Origin: Haliotis rubra
Lineage: Eukaryota
Direction: 5' to 3'
NCBI RefSeq assembly: GCF_003918875.1
Contig: NW_025767157.1
Location: forward strand, 1,922,001-1,986,000
Length of the DNA stretch: 64,000 nt
In this document: positions 13,563 through 28,500 of the stretch, in pieces
Numbering within the stretch: the first letter of the stretch is position 1
How the letters are laid out: each line of letters starts with the position of its first letter
The notes under the pieces: generated by a model
What the model was told of the DNA's origin: nothing
The model's input: the letters and a program-made list of their open reading frames with translations, nothing else
Database searches by the model: none
Program-made: the position numbers and the translations under genes

Positions 13563-13596
<34 letters not shown>

Positions 13597-16500
13597 TGTT
13601 ATTGTAGTAGTAGTAGTATAATATCATTTTGTTTCTATGATCTCTAAATATACCCAAATATTGTGCCCTATGAACTACAAATAGTTTCTTGCTCCAGATT
13701 TCTTTGGCTTTCCTCACTAGCCAAAGTAGGTTATCCTCAGCTTGCATTAAAAGCCCAGCAAATAATGCATGTAATGTAGTAGATGAACCTAAATGCATCC
13801 AGAAAGTCAGTGAAGCATTATGCCTCTGTTACAAAAGTGTATGGTTTTCAAAATTGAATTCATGACAAGTTATTTCTCTTTCACAGATGGGGATGAAAAC
13901 AGGAAGAGCATGGATAGGTAGTAACGTGGAAACATTGCATGTGTAGTATTGAAATAATAAATTCACCTAAACATTTCTCTCTGTTTCAAACCCTGAAAGG
14001 GCGAAACAAGACAATTCAGCATAACATGTAAACAATATATACCAGATGGTAGGCAGAATATGTTTGAATTAGTGTACTTTTTTATAGATAAAACCTTTGT
14101 AGCATTTAGCATAAATCCTCAGCCATAATTTAGATCATTTCACTGTATTTCTTCAAAGGAAATGAGGGGTGATGGGGTAGCCTAGTGGTTAAAGCTTTGG
14201 CTCGTCACGCTGAAGATACAGGTTCGAATCCCCACATGAGTACAATGTGTGAAGCCCATTTCTGGTGTCCCCCGCCGAGATGTTGCTGGAATATTGCTAA
14301 AAGCGGCGTAAAACCAAACTCAGTCAGTCAGTCAAAGGAAATGAGAGTTTTCAGTCAAGACTTGAATGTATTGAAGAAATATGTATGTATAAATAATTAT
14401 TTAAGTGTGTGTCTCATGTTTTGGTATTATACACTTTAATGTTAGTTTTCTTTACATCAGCAATGCTTCATTACAGATGCACATCAACCTGAACAAGCTG
14501 AAATTGTTTTGAATATTTCAAATCAGGTACTGTAGGTGTTGTGCATGGCAAAACTGTTTGAAATAGGATTGTAAATCACACAGAACATTACAAAGACAAA
14601 TGATATCCATCATATTTCAAAATATTGATTTGTTTAACTTTTTAGAGCACATAAATAAGTTTATAGAGACATATTTGGTTCCAGGTTCCCAGCCGATATT
14701 AATTTCCCTATTTATGTTTATATGGTAATAGTGCTTTTACTTTTATTTTGACTGATAACAAGACCAATAAAGAGAAAAAAGCCTCTCTCTCTTTTTTTGT
14801 ATAATTTTTACATCATTGTAGCAGTGCAGTGCTTAAATACAATGTGAAAATTTCTCGGAAACTCCGAAAATAAGAGGTTAAACATAACTGCCATTTCTTA
14901 ATATATCCCCTACATACTCTTAGGAAAAGGGTGTAAAATATCTCTTGCTGGCATGAGGCTACTTGGAAAAACAAGATTCTGAATTGGATTTTTATTATCA
15001 ATGACTCTGTAGCCAAGAGATTCACACACTGGACTACAGATTCAAAGGTCTCATATATTCATTTCCAGAAATATAAAAAAACATGTGTCAGGTGATTTTA
15101 CTTCATTCCAGACATTTAATTATGTGCATTGTGTTCACAGGCACAACAAATATCTGGCAAGAGACATGTACATGTTGCAGTATCAATGGAACGTGTGTAA
15201 AAGAGATCAACATGAGAGTTAACCCAATTTGAGAACATCACTTTTTAAAGATTTAATATCACTGGATGAAATTCAAGTGTTGATCACCATGTGAAAACTT
15301 TCTTCTGTTGATAAAAGTGTGCCCAGAAGCTGCATTCCACTGTAATAGAAAGAAAGAATGAAACTGGTGGGGGAAATGAGGTGATGGAGAGACAGAGGAT
15401 GGAAATAGAAAAGGACATGTTTAAACTGCTGTGCTACAAGGCAGAAGTGGTGAGTGATATAGACTTCAGCGACTGCTACAAGGCAGAAGTGGTGAGTGAT
15501 ATAGACTTCAGCGACTGCTACAAGGCAGAAGTGGTGAGTGATATAGAAGTCAGCAACTGCTGTAAGGCAGAAGTGGTGAGTGATATAGACTTCAGCGACT
15601 GCTACAAGGCAGAAGTGGTGAGTGATATAGACTTCAGCGACTGCTACAAGGCAGAAGTGGTGAGTGATATAGACTTCAGCGACTGCTATAAGGCAGAAGT
15701 GGTGAGTGATATAGACTTCAGCAACTGCTGTAAGGCAGAAGTGGTGAGTGATATAGACTTCAGCGACTGCTATAAGGCAGAAGTGGTGAGTGATATAGAC
15801 TTCAGCGACTGCTGTAAGGCAGAAGTGAGTGATATAGTGATTAAGGCAGAAGTAGTGAGTGATATAGACTTCAGCGACTGCTGTAAGGCAGAAGTGGTGA
15901 GTGATTAAGATTTCGGCAATTTCTGTAAGGCAGAAGTGGTGAGTGATATAGACTTCAGTGACTTTTCACTGTCATCTTTTTCAGTTTATGTAATATTAAT
16001 AAATAGACAAGTATCAATGTGTATAGGAATAGTTTATTATGAAGAAGGATTTATCATTGTGAGGCTTTTATGTATTATGTCAGTGTATAGAAATGAAAGC
16101 TGTTGGTTCTGGAATGGAATGGACGTCTACAAAGTATTTCTATTTTAGGAAATGTTGCAGTGTAGAAATGAAGCAACTGTAAACTTGGTACAGATGGCCA
16201 AACAGATGCTCACAAGATTCCCACGAGAGGTATGTGTGAACAAACATCATGAGCTAATCATTGGGACAGCACAAGCATAAGTTTGGCAGCCTAATTGGGC
16301 CTGCTGTCATTTAACTCAGTTCAATTCACTGTGAAGGTTGGTATCTCTTGACACTGTGATTACAGGCTCAGATCCCAGATTTGTCCTGGCTATGTCTCCA
16401 GTCGGTCAGGATTATACACATGCTAAAATGGTAACCGTATGCATTGCAAATTTGCATTACTCTGAGTCTCCCTCCAGCATGATATCCCCTGTAGTATAAC

Positions 16501-19500
16501 TGGAATATACTCATCTCCCCTCCAGACTGACTGACAGACATGCATGTGCACACGCAGATACACATGCAGATGCACACATAATTATGCACACACTTGTATG
16601 TGCTTATGTGGATCTTTAAAAATTCAATTATATTTGGATGACGACTGGTTAATATCATGTGTTTTGGTCAAAATTTGGTAACACACCACTATGTTGTCTC
16701 ACTAAGTTATGGTACTCTCTACTGCCTAATAACAATATAGTCAGTATACATGTACTATAGGCCTGTGGCCTCTTAAGTGCAAATAAAGACTTAAAACTAT
16801 TTACCCGTGAAGATCCAGATAAGAACTGGTCTTCAGTAACCCATGCTGGTCGTAAGAGGCGACTAACAGGATCTGATAGGCGACTATCAGACTCAATGAC
16901 TTGGTTGACTCATGTCATTGTATCCCAAATGTGTAGATAGATACTCATGCTGTTGATCTCTGGATTGTCTGGTCCAGACTTGATTATTTACAGACCGCCG
17001 CTATATACAGCTGGAATATTGCTGAGTGCAGCATTAAACAACCAGCCAACCAACCGATCTTAAACCTATTTTTTGCATTGTAATGTTTTTATATAAATTA
17101 AGTCAATAAAGTTATGTGTGTCCTGTTGTTGCTAACACAGAGTGGGTTCCTTAGCATGCTGTGTTACAACTTTGGAGTAGACCTGTATCAGAAGAAGAGG
17201 CACAATGAAGCCATCCACTGGCTCCGAGAAAGTTTTGATCTCAGCAAAGAAAGGAAAGGAGTTATGCCTAGAAACCAGGTACTTTTTGTGCTACAGGCCT
17301 ACCTTTGCCTATGAATGCTTTATTCGGTTAAGGGACCACCAGCACATTATGCAAATTGCAGCATTGCATAATAACATACAAGACAGTGTCACAAATATTG
17401 GGCATTGCTTTATTCAAGGGAAGATAGTTTGGTTTTGGGGTGTGTTTTTCATTCACTCAGTACCATACTAATCTTCACTAATGTTAGGAATTTGGTGCAC
17501 TTTTTAGTGGTAAGGAAACTAGACTTACCTAAACATTTTGTGTTGTGAACATATGCTGAAGTTAACAGTTTCATTTTTAATAAATTTTGCTTCCTGCAGG
17601 TTTTTCCCAAAACAATTGGTAGAATATGTTCTGAGATATTTTGATAAAAAGGACAGATTAGACAGGAGTTACATTTGTACAAGTCTTCTTAGCATTTGCC
17701 TGAATAATTATTTCATATAGACAAATTATTAAAATGTGAAATGTTCTCACCAAAAGGATATTTTGTGTTGATTGTTTTGCTTGAGGTGAGTGCCTAATTC
17801 ACAAAACTCTTTCCACAAATTAATAGAATGCTAACAATGCTAGTAACCCCTGATTTCCAGCTTTGTTCAAACAAAATCATCACATGAACAGATTGCACAT
17901 GGACCTAACATTACAAAGCCCCAAATATTGTCTTGAAGACTATCTGATTTTAAGATGCTGGAAACAGAGTGATGGATATCATTTATATTAACTTTTTTTC
18001 TATATATAAGTGAAAAAACATCAATGCAAACCCAACAAGATATTTATTTTGATTAATTCCATTCCAGGCAAGAACTCTAAGACTCTTGGCAAATGCCTAC
18101 ATTGAGAGTAACCCCTCAGAACACTTTGAGAAGGCCTTGAATGCAGTGTCCCTGGCAAACACAGTCAGTATTTCTTCATTTTGTGTATACCTTTCGAATA
18201 TGTTGTGATAAAAGGTAATCAGATTATCCTGTTACCTGATCCTAGTTTTACCAATTACATAATCGTCAGTTACATGTTTTGTTTATACATTTTGTTGGGC
18301 AAAAGACAGAATACACCCATGTTTGGTCATGGTTACAGTTATACAAATAGTAGTTGTTTGATTGTGATGTATGGGATATAGGTGTCATAGCTGTGCTTTT
18401 GACCTTACATTTGCAGTGCTTCAGTAACTGGAGTGTTTGTAATTATTTGGTCAAATCCAATTTTCAGTGTATTCTTTTTTCGCCAAACCATTCTGTTATT
18501 TTATCAGCTTGCTGAAAAACATATTGTCACATAGTAAAATAATAGGGATGTCATGATACATAAGTTTCATGAATCGATACGTATCACGATACCCATGTCA
18601 CCATTCGATACGTATCACGATACCTATTTTTGTGGCATTATTGCGTAAATTTTGTTACATTTTGAACATTGACATTTCATATTTTATAATTGTCCATGAA
18701 GAGATCAACATTTTTGATTCTCAGAGATTAAAAAGTTTTAATTTCTCATCTTTGTGCACCTCACATGGGTACAATGTGTGAAGCTCATTTCTGGTGTCCC
18801 CTGATGTTGCTGGAATATTGCTAAAAGCGGCGTAAAACCAAACTCAGTCAGTCATCTTTGTGCAAAAAATATACAGTTTGCACGTGTTATCTGGCTGATG
18901 TTGTTTTCTAATGTTGAATACATATATGTGAGGCTTACAGGAGCACTGCCACCCTGCCGGTCTCTACCTGAAGCTCAGAGTACTGCTGATAGGAGGAGAG
19001 AAGGGGGCACCTGTCTCTGCAGGTGAGGCACAAACATTCACTTGTGTATTGTTCTTAGGTTCTTAGTGTTACTGGCTTCCCTGTTTATCCAGTGAATCAT
19101 AGTTCCATTCACCTTTTCCCCAATACCTTTGTTTTGAAGCTTGAGGTACATATTCTGTATCACTGGCTTCAATTGCTTGTTGGCTTGAAATCAACAACCT
19201 ATCAAAATGTGATCTTCTAATGCCAGCCAAAGTCAACATATGAAAATTCAATTCAGCCCCATGAGAGCTCAACATTTAAACCACAACATGTTTATCTCTT
19301 TGCTTAGTTTGGTGAACGTATTAAGGCTCTCAGGCTTGTAATAATTTCTATCTCTCCTTGTTGAGTGTAGAACAAATTTAGACTCCGGCTGTAGTCTGTT
19401 TATCTGCAGATGGTATGTTTATCTAACAATGATCTTTGAGTGGTATTTAGAAGTTTGATATGTGATTCATGACAATGTAGAATGATGATCAACTTCATAT

Positions 19501-22500
19501 AACAATTGTAGTCAGACTTCCTTGTCAGACCTGACACCGGACATTGTAGTAACAATGTGTATCATACATACAATCTTGCACTAGCTAATTGCCCACTTTC
19601 TGTTTATCTCCATATTGTGGTATCAGTTATGACTAACAAGGAGAAAGTGAAATCTGAGATTAAAAATGCAGATTGTATTGGAAAAGATATATGTAATCAA
19701 ATCATACAGAAATTCCAATCACAGAGATTTCCTAAATTCATAGAAATTCATATGAAGCTAGGGCAGCATGCAGGATGAGTTAGTGAGCATGCATACATAC
19801 ATACTTGGTCATTTCATTATGTGGGTTTCTTGAGCAACCAGCAATATTCCAGCAACATGAGGGCAACCTGGAAATAATTGGGTGAGGACCAGACAATCTG
19901 GTGATTGAAGCTGTGATTAACAATCCATGCTGTCAAGATATAAAGATACCTCATTTAGCAAGCCAACAAGTCGGACCAGTCTGTGAAGTTGCCTGTTACA
20001 AGTGGCATAGGTTCTGAGGGACCTAACCTAAATTGGAACCCTTACTGGTTCCCAGAATAGTCGTCTCTTACCACAAGACAGGTCCCTTAGAGTTACTCAC
20101 AGAGGTACTCGGAATATCATAATGTCATTAGGTTCATCACCAAAACTGCATTATCAAACACATCAAACTTCTACAAATGTAACAATTACACACAAAGGTT
20201 TCAAAATTGTGAATGAGTGGTTTTGAAATTATACATTTTCAGGTACATGTTCTATCCCAATGAACAAAGTAAATACTTGTACAATCTGCAAACTCTTTTT
20301 CAGTTTTGGATGACATCATTAAGCACTCAGATTGCACCCTAGAGCTAGGACTGAGCGTATTACAGCTGTTAAAGCAGTACAAATGGTAACAATTATTGTT
20401 TGTCCAAATTTTCCATTTCAACGATGTTTGATTTAAGTCAATAAATTGTACTGTTATCACACTCCTCTCCTAGACCAGACAAAAGCAGTGTTTGATGGTA
20501 TGAGCAACCATCCATATTTTGAAGGCATAGAGAGCACAATCAGACTTGTCACAATTTGTAAACCCAGACCAATCCCTCTTTGTTTGGTCAGGGTCAGTGA
20601 ACACATCTCACAATTTTAGAGCAATCAGTGTTTGAATCCCATAAAACACATCCACACATGTTTCTGAATATCATGACCTGAGACATCTCACCTGAAATGC
20701 TTTATATCAATGTTTATTACAGTTTTGATAACTGTATGGACTTTCCATCCAAGTTGAGGAAAAGGTTTGAGCAGTGTCCCGATGTTGGTCGGCTCTTCAT
20801 AACCCAGCTCCAGGCCTTGCTGGAGAGTGACCAGTCCCAGCAGGCAAAGCTTTTCTCTGAAGAATGCATCACAGGTACCTGTTTGTGTATGTATGTTGTA
20901 TAACACTGTATTTAGCAATATTCCAGCTGTAAAGGTGGCTGTATTTAAATGGGTTAGGACCAGATAATCCCATGATTGATATGAGCAATGATTTTGATAT
21001 GGTGACTACTGTTACCGGTAATATAGTGACTGAGTCTTCTAACCATCATAGGGGGCGGTGAGGTAGTCTAGTGGTTAAAGCGTTGGCTCATCCGCCGAAG
21101 ACCCGGGTTTGAATCCCCACATGGGTACAAATAGTGAAGCCCATTTCTGGTGTCCCCTGCCGTGATATTGCTGGAATATTGCTAAAAGTGGTGTAAAACC
21201 AAACTCAGTCAGTCAGTCTAACCATCGTAGGACATAGTACTCCTACTGTAGTGTGTCTACCAGCATGGACAGTTATACTTGTTTAATATAGTATTTTGCT
21301 ACTGAGGTATGAACATGAAAATCTGATATCCATAGCAAAAGGCATTAATCTTGACTATTTAGGCGATTTCACTGGAGCAATAACTGCCAGGATTATATAG
21401 TTTCACTAGTGCTGGTTATCACTCACAATATGTAGATCGATGATACAAGCTCGCTAATAGATCAATAATCGATTGTAAATAGTAAACCCCACCCCAAACT
21501 CATGTGGGCAATAACAGGACACAATCATAACATTTTGCATTAGTTGTTCATGTCTTGATTTAACAAACATAACAATAAGAAACATGCTTTCTAAAGTTTA
21601 ATTTCATGTTTCATGAGTAATATTCATTAAATACATATTGTCACGTGAATTCTTACTCCACTTTCTAATAGCATATTACCTTTGCTATTATTAAGAGAAT
21701 GAAGATTCTATTCTTAAAGTCAATATTTGATGTCCAAAAAATGGTACCATCGGCAGCAGAAAGACATCAAAATAATTTATCACTGAAAATTAAAAGTCTC
21801 TTTTATGCTGCTTGCTTCCCTGTCACACCAGAAATAACATCATGGATGCGGATATTAATTTTAATTACATTTTTGACAGTCAGACTGACATACATAATTA
21901 ACAATGTATTTTTCTCACATATTTTAATGGCTATAATGTACAACTGGAATTCATTAAACATACAATTTAAAGTTACCCACATTTTAATTATGCCTTCAAT
22001 CTTATTCTAATGCAGGTTTTAAAAATGCTCCAACCTACTGTGCTCTGCTGTGTTTTTGCAGAGGTGTTTCAGTGTGTGCCCACGTCTTGTTACTTAGGAA
22101 TATGTAGTACTTCTCTTCCCTGTTTCTGTGTCTAGCTCACAACACAGGAAGGCCACTGGACATAAACACAAGGAAGCAGTTCCACTTGGTGTTTTGGGAG
22201 AAGGCTGGAGCTGCTTTTGAGGTAAAGATTGTATATTTGAGCTCTAGAACAAATCACATCTGATTGTATAACTAGTGTTATGTTGTATTTCAACATAGAT
22301 ATTTGTGCATACACATCGCCTCCTTAATAGTCTTCAAAACCTACCTTTGATGATTAATAATGAAGAAAAACAGACCACAAGAACTGACTTCATTCAGCTC
22401 AATAGTATATTCTGTCTGAACTTCACTTCACTGAGACCATCAGCATGTTCTGTCAAAACAAGACTTCACGGAAACCGACAGTATATTCTGTCTAACAAGA

Positions 22501-25500
22501 CAGCTGAAATTTGTCTAACTCAGACATACATTGTACTAATGTGTCTAAACTATACATCTTTGGGACCTACAGTATATTCTGTCTAAAACAGCATTTTTTG
22601 AAACCAACATTGAGTTCTGTTTAAACAAGAAATGTTTAAGACCAATTTCTTATGCAGAGGTCCGGATTAGAGCAATTCTGACAGGAGACAAAAATATGGG
22701 AAGTAATGATGAATTTGAAAGAAATGTTATTATTTATCAGAATATCCTGCACCACAAATATGGTCTGTTTTTCTAGATTCAATTGTGCTTACATTCATCA
22801 CAAAACACTATTCATTTGGCTAATTGTCAATATCCATCTGTTTGTATAATTGTCGCACACTGTATGCATACAGGGACTACACAGATAATTAATCATATTA
22901 ATTGGACTGGCACTCATCTTTAGGAAGGAGATCACAATGTCACAATAGATGGGCTAAATATCAATGAGCCTAAATTAAAGTTTAAGGTTATGGTTATTCT
23001 AATATAGCTGATAATAGGTTTACTTATATGAAATAGTTAAAGACAGTCTGTTAAACTGTTAAACTTTCCTCTGGACTTATTGAATAGTATGTCTGGGAGA
23101 TGAGTTCTTGTTATTATGTTAGGCTAACTAATATTATGCATCTCTATTTTAACTGAATCATTTATGTTACTTGCTGTGGATCTATGATTAATAGAAACAT
23201 TTGTATAAATGTCACTCCATGATAGTTACTTCATTATAAGCTGACTTCATCAAACCAGTGTGTTCTGTGTTCCCAGAGTAAAGAGTATGGCGAGGCCCTG
23301 ACATGGTACAACTACTCCCTCAGTTTGTTCTCTCCCAGCGAGATGACCAGCATCAACATGGCCAAACTCCAGAGGAACAGGGCTTCCTGCTTTGTAAACC
23401 AAGGACACCTACCACAGGTAGATATCCGTTGGACGACTGAAATCTAGCAGTTGCTTTACACACATTTCCTACCATAGGTGGATCCAGAGGGGGTGCGCAC
23501 AGTTTATTATATGACCTGTGAAACACAGGTGAAAATGAAGTGTGCATTCCCCTTTCTAAAAAAGCTGTATCCGCCCCTGCCTACCATTCTATCAGATTCA
23601 GTTTCAGTTATTTCCAACTGCATAATGCTAACTATATTACATATATGTAATTTTCTGGCATTTTCAGTTATCACATCCGAGCAGACAACTATATTACCAC
23701 AATCTACTGACACAGTGACATATATTTTCAGGACAGTGATTGTTAAATTGCATTGTAAATGGAACATATGTTATATTTGGGATTACACTTTCTTTGGTAA
23801 AGTATAGATTCTCACATTTTGGGAGATTCTAAACTACAACCTCTGAGGCACCAAATCGCCAGATCTGGATCACATACGTTTTGCATCCCTCTGATAAGTG
23901 TAAATTGGTATGCCTCCCATGGCTGAAAGCTATGAAAGTGGTCAAATGTAGCAAACTTTATATATGGGATTACACTTACTTAGTAAACTACAGATTCTAG
24001 TAGTTGTTTAGGGTTGAGTCTCATCCAGGAGTCAAACCAACACTCTAAGAGTAAGATTACCAGTTGTCAGACTTCCATCTTTGTGCCGCCATATAGCTGG
24101 CATACGGCATTAAACAACAACAACCAGTCAGTCCAACTTTGTGGAAGCCTAGGTGGCTGAGTGGATTAAATCATGGACTTTGTGTACTGGTGATTTAGTT
24201 CCTCAGTCTGAGAGTGTGTGTTTGAATCCCAGATGGAACGCCACCCAAAGAGTTCTAGAATCTGTACTTTACTGAGAAGTGTAATCCCAAAAATGTGTTA
24301 CATTTGACCACTATTAAATAACATTGTGTATTCATGCATTGTAAATGTATTCTACGTGGAAAAACAGAGATAAAACACCAATGGTTTGGGTGGCCTTAGA
24401 ATTGATAAGATTACAAGCTGGTACAGTAATTATAGTGAGTGAGTGAGTTTAGTTTTACGCCGCACTCAGCAATATTCCAGCTATATGGCGGCGGTCTGTA
24501 AATAATCGAGTCTTGACCAGACAATCCAGTGATCAACAACATGAGCATCGATGTGCGTAATTGGGAACCGATGACATGTGTCAACCAAGTCAGCGAGCCG
24601 GACCACCCGATCCCGTTAGTTGCCTCTTACGACAAGCATGGGTTACTGAAGGCCAATATTCTAACCCAGATACAGTAATTATACATACTGGACATTGCTG
24701 TAAATTAAAGTGTCCCCGTTATTGGTAATTCACAATTTTATTCCCTTTTTCTTTTCATATGTAAAACATCATTCTGTTAGAATACAAAAGACCCATTTAA
24801 AGGCAAAAGAAATGTGTTTCCTCTCGCAGGCAAAGGAAGCAATCCAGCAGGCTGAGAAATGCAGCCCAGATGAGGCTCACACCCAGTTTATCATCTACAA
24901 GATAGCACTGGCAGAAGATGATCATGATACAGGTGAGCCACACTTATTGGTTTGCTTTTTCTGAATCAGTATATATGCCTACATTTGATTTTGATTTACA
25001 GAATAAATTCAAACATACTGATTCATTACTATCAGTTAACTTGTAGCATTAAATACAATTATTTAATTTTTTCAATTTAAATTTTATTTCTGAATCCCTG
25101 TTACAGTCAAAACTAAGCAGCCAGGGGACAGCTCAGTCTGAAGATGTACAGTAATTTAATGGGATACAGGTGGAAATTTTTACGAAACAAGACAATCCAT
25201 TCACTCACCATTCACACAAGTACAAGATTATTTTTAATTATCAAACAGTAATAATATAATTAATTCAGTCGTCTTTGAATAAGCCATGATATAAGAGCCA
25301 TTTCGAATAAAATTCGGCATTACAGTTTTTGTTAAAGAAAATACATTTTTCAATACTATATCTCAATCTCAACTCACTTCTGAACTGAGCAATATTTGGT
25401 AAAACAGAATTGAGCTTGCATTTGTACAAATAATATTTTCCCAATAATATGAACAAGTCAAAAACAGAGTTAGTAAAAACATTTTTCTTACAGCCAAAAA

Positions 25501-28500
25501 TTATCAGTTCCATAGTGAGATTGAGATCATGGATGTGGTCACAACCTTCTGTTAACCATGATAAAAAATTTGACCAAAAGGTTTGCACAAATTCTCAATA
25601 GATTCCGTTTCTTCATTACAGAATGAACATAAGTCAGAATCTTTTATTTTAACTTTTTAAGAAATGTATTGGTAGTTAAAATTCTATGGAATATCCTGTA
25701 CTGGAACCATCTCAATTTGGTGTCTTGTGTTGATTTAAACGATTTTAGGAAGATACAGTTCCAGTCAAGACCACACTGAAAATCCTCTTGCCACTTTAAC
25801 TGTGCTCTTGATGTCCTGTTTGAAGAACAAAGGATATAGTAATAGGCTTTGGAACCTTTATTAATTGAAAGTAACAATCGAATAAATGGTGTATTTCCTG
25901 CACATTGTCCAGTGTTTTCTCTCACAATTGACAATCCAGCAAAATATTTTCTTATAGAGCTAATGACACCATAGTATTCTAAAAAAGATACATTCAATTG
26001 ATACCTTTCATTAAAATCAACCAGAGACAGATAACTGCCATTTTCATCAACAAAATCACAAATTTGAGAGATACCCCTTTGAAACCACCCTTCATAAAAA
26101 TGGTTTTCTTATCAATAACAATATTGCCATTATAAAATATATGATCAGAAAAGAAATCTTCAAAATTATCAAGTTTAATTGAAACAATCAATCCAGAAGG
26201 GATTTTTCAGATTTCTGACAATTTTTTTCAAATATTCTTTGCCATGCTTAATATCAAATTCACTACATTTACAATAACTAGCATTTAAAATATATTTCAA
26301 CTTGGGATCTTTAGTAACTAGTTTTCTCATCCAAGTGACCTTCAAAGCTTTGACATATTCAAATATATTAATCATACCCAATCCACCAATTAAATCCAAT
26401 TTGTATGTCACTGATAAGAGGAATAATAGAGAGAAAAATGTCTGAAATAATAGTTTTATATTGTTGCATTGAATGCAGATGTATCATACCACTGAATGGC
26501 ATACAGATCAAAATCCTCGATAGATCTCTGTCAGAAAGTTTGTTATATCTGATGTCTTGTCCAACCCATGGTTGCTCTGATGATACTTAATGTACAGCTA
26601 CAGGTAAAGTGAGTGAGTGAGTGAGTGAGTTTTATGTTGCTTTGAGCAATATTCCAGCAATAACACGACAGGGGACACCAGAAATGGACTTCACACATTC
26701 TACCCATATGGGGAATCAAACCTGGTTATTTGACGTGATGAGCGAATGCTTTAACCACTAAGCTAGGCCACGATGGGCTGCAACTCCATGGCTTATCTGT
26801 TGATTATGTTTCAGCCAGCTCCAGTCTACAGAAGATGGTGACAGGGGGTAAGGATGGGCCAAATGTCAGCCAGTCTCAGACCTTCGGTCTCATCTGTCTA
26901 GCTGCTCAAATGGCTTTAGAGGTAATGCTTAAATGTAAATAGCTCACCATATCTGTTTACTTGTACCATGTTTACAGTAGTAAAGTTTCTTTGTTCAAAC
27001 ATGTACCCAATAAAACACCTTTATTCATTCATACCGGGAGGTCATTTAATTATTTTATCTAATCTCATTAATAATCTTTTGTGGACTGTATGCTAGTCCA
27101 CTGGGTAGTAATATCTCCATCTGACTGTCTGACTGCAGCACAACCACTGTGACACGGCCTGTGTGGCCCTGGACTTCCTCATCACACACAGTGCTGACCA
27201 TCAGCAAACCCTCATAGCTCTTCGCTGTCTGGTCAGACTCAGGCTGGGACAGGCCGATAAGAAGAACTACTGCAGGTATTCTCGGAGACTAACTTTTAGT
27301 CCCGGAAATAAAGTGTTATCCATATGTTGAATCTACAAAACAAATCCAAATGGAGCTGAGAACAATCCTCAATTTCACAAGAACAATCTTAACATGCCAA
27401 ATCATCCTAGACTTGAGTACGACTCCTATCTAAATTATTTTCCAGGATCTGGGAGACTGACCAGTATTCCTGCAGAAATGATATCATTATTTATGTATTT
27501 TTCCATGATTAATATAACTGGCTTGTCTCAACTGTAATCAACAAAAACTGTGAAGGCAAAGTAATACCTTACTGGCAGAGATGTAGCTGTCTTTGTGTGC
27601 AAGTAAATCCTTATGTTACTTCACACTTTGAAAATCTGCTATCAGTCTTGCCAGTAATAACCACCAGATTTATTCCTATTACTGTAATTAATCTATCATT
27701 GCAAGAATTTGGTATCCTTAATCTCTTTTGAGTAGTATATATTGTGTGCTAGAAACAATAACAAGGAAATTTGGCAGTGTAGTGTACAAAACGTTCAGTG
27801 TGTAATAACATTCTTTTCTGTTTCAGTGAATCCCTTCAACCTATCATACCACTGATCAGAACAGGTAAAGTTTCAGGCATCTACAGTAGTTTGTATAATT
27901 TGAAACATCTTTAATGGGAAATTGGATGAATAATCTTACTCAGATGTATATCTTTTTGAAAATATTGTGATATGAGTTTCACACAAAAGCACTACATAAG
28001 CAAATGAGCATTACTACAGATATAGATTTTTTTTACGTGGTGATTGCCAAACTCAGGCGAAACACAGAGGTTAACTAATAAATTGCTTTGCACAAAACTA
28101 AATTGTCAAATGTGAAATCATTTAATGACCACAAAAGATCAATGAATGCTCAGTGGATTATATTTAAACACACAGTTTTATGTTTACAATAAAAAGGCGA
28201 TACAGTGAGTGAAAGAAGTAGCAGCAGCAGCAGCAGCAAGATAGAGGCTCTAGAATTAATGTTTAGAATATTGTTCCTGTTAAATGTCTTGAAGGAGGCA
28301 TGATTCTGTTCTTGAATCCAGAATGGTGTTGACAGCTGGCAGGAACTAGGTTTTTCTTAATAGGTATCCAAACTAATTGGCAAAAGGATAAAGAATATTT
28401 AGGCAGGTTGATAAAGATCTCTAATTGCTCATATAGGTACTTTCATATCCAGGCACTTCTAGAATGATCAATACTGTTCATGGACACCACAAGGGGAAAC

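Noticed and set aside
14166-14240. tRNA genes
   Set aside because: The A/B-box segments are SINE heads followed by SINE body, tail and TSD; no complete cloverleaf.
15381-15908. 175-aa repeat ORF as a separate gene
   Set aside because: It is TEX11 exon 7 read through into the 42-bp repeat.
20474-20497. AG...GT-bounded mini exon in TEX11 intron 12
   Set aside because: Inclusion creates TGA in the required phase; exons 20304-20385 and 20723-20874 join correctly without it.
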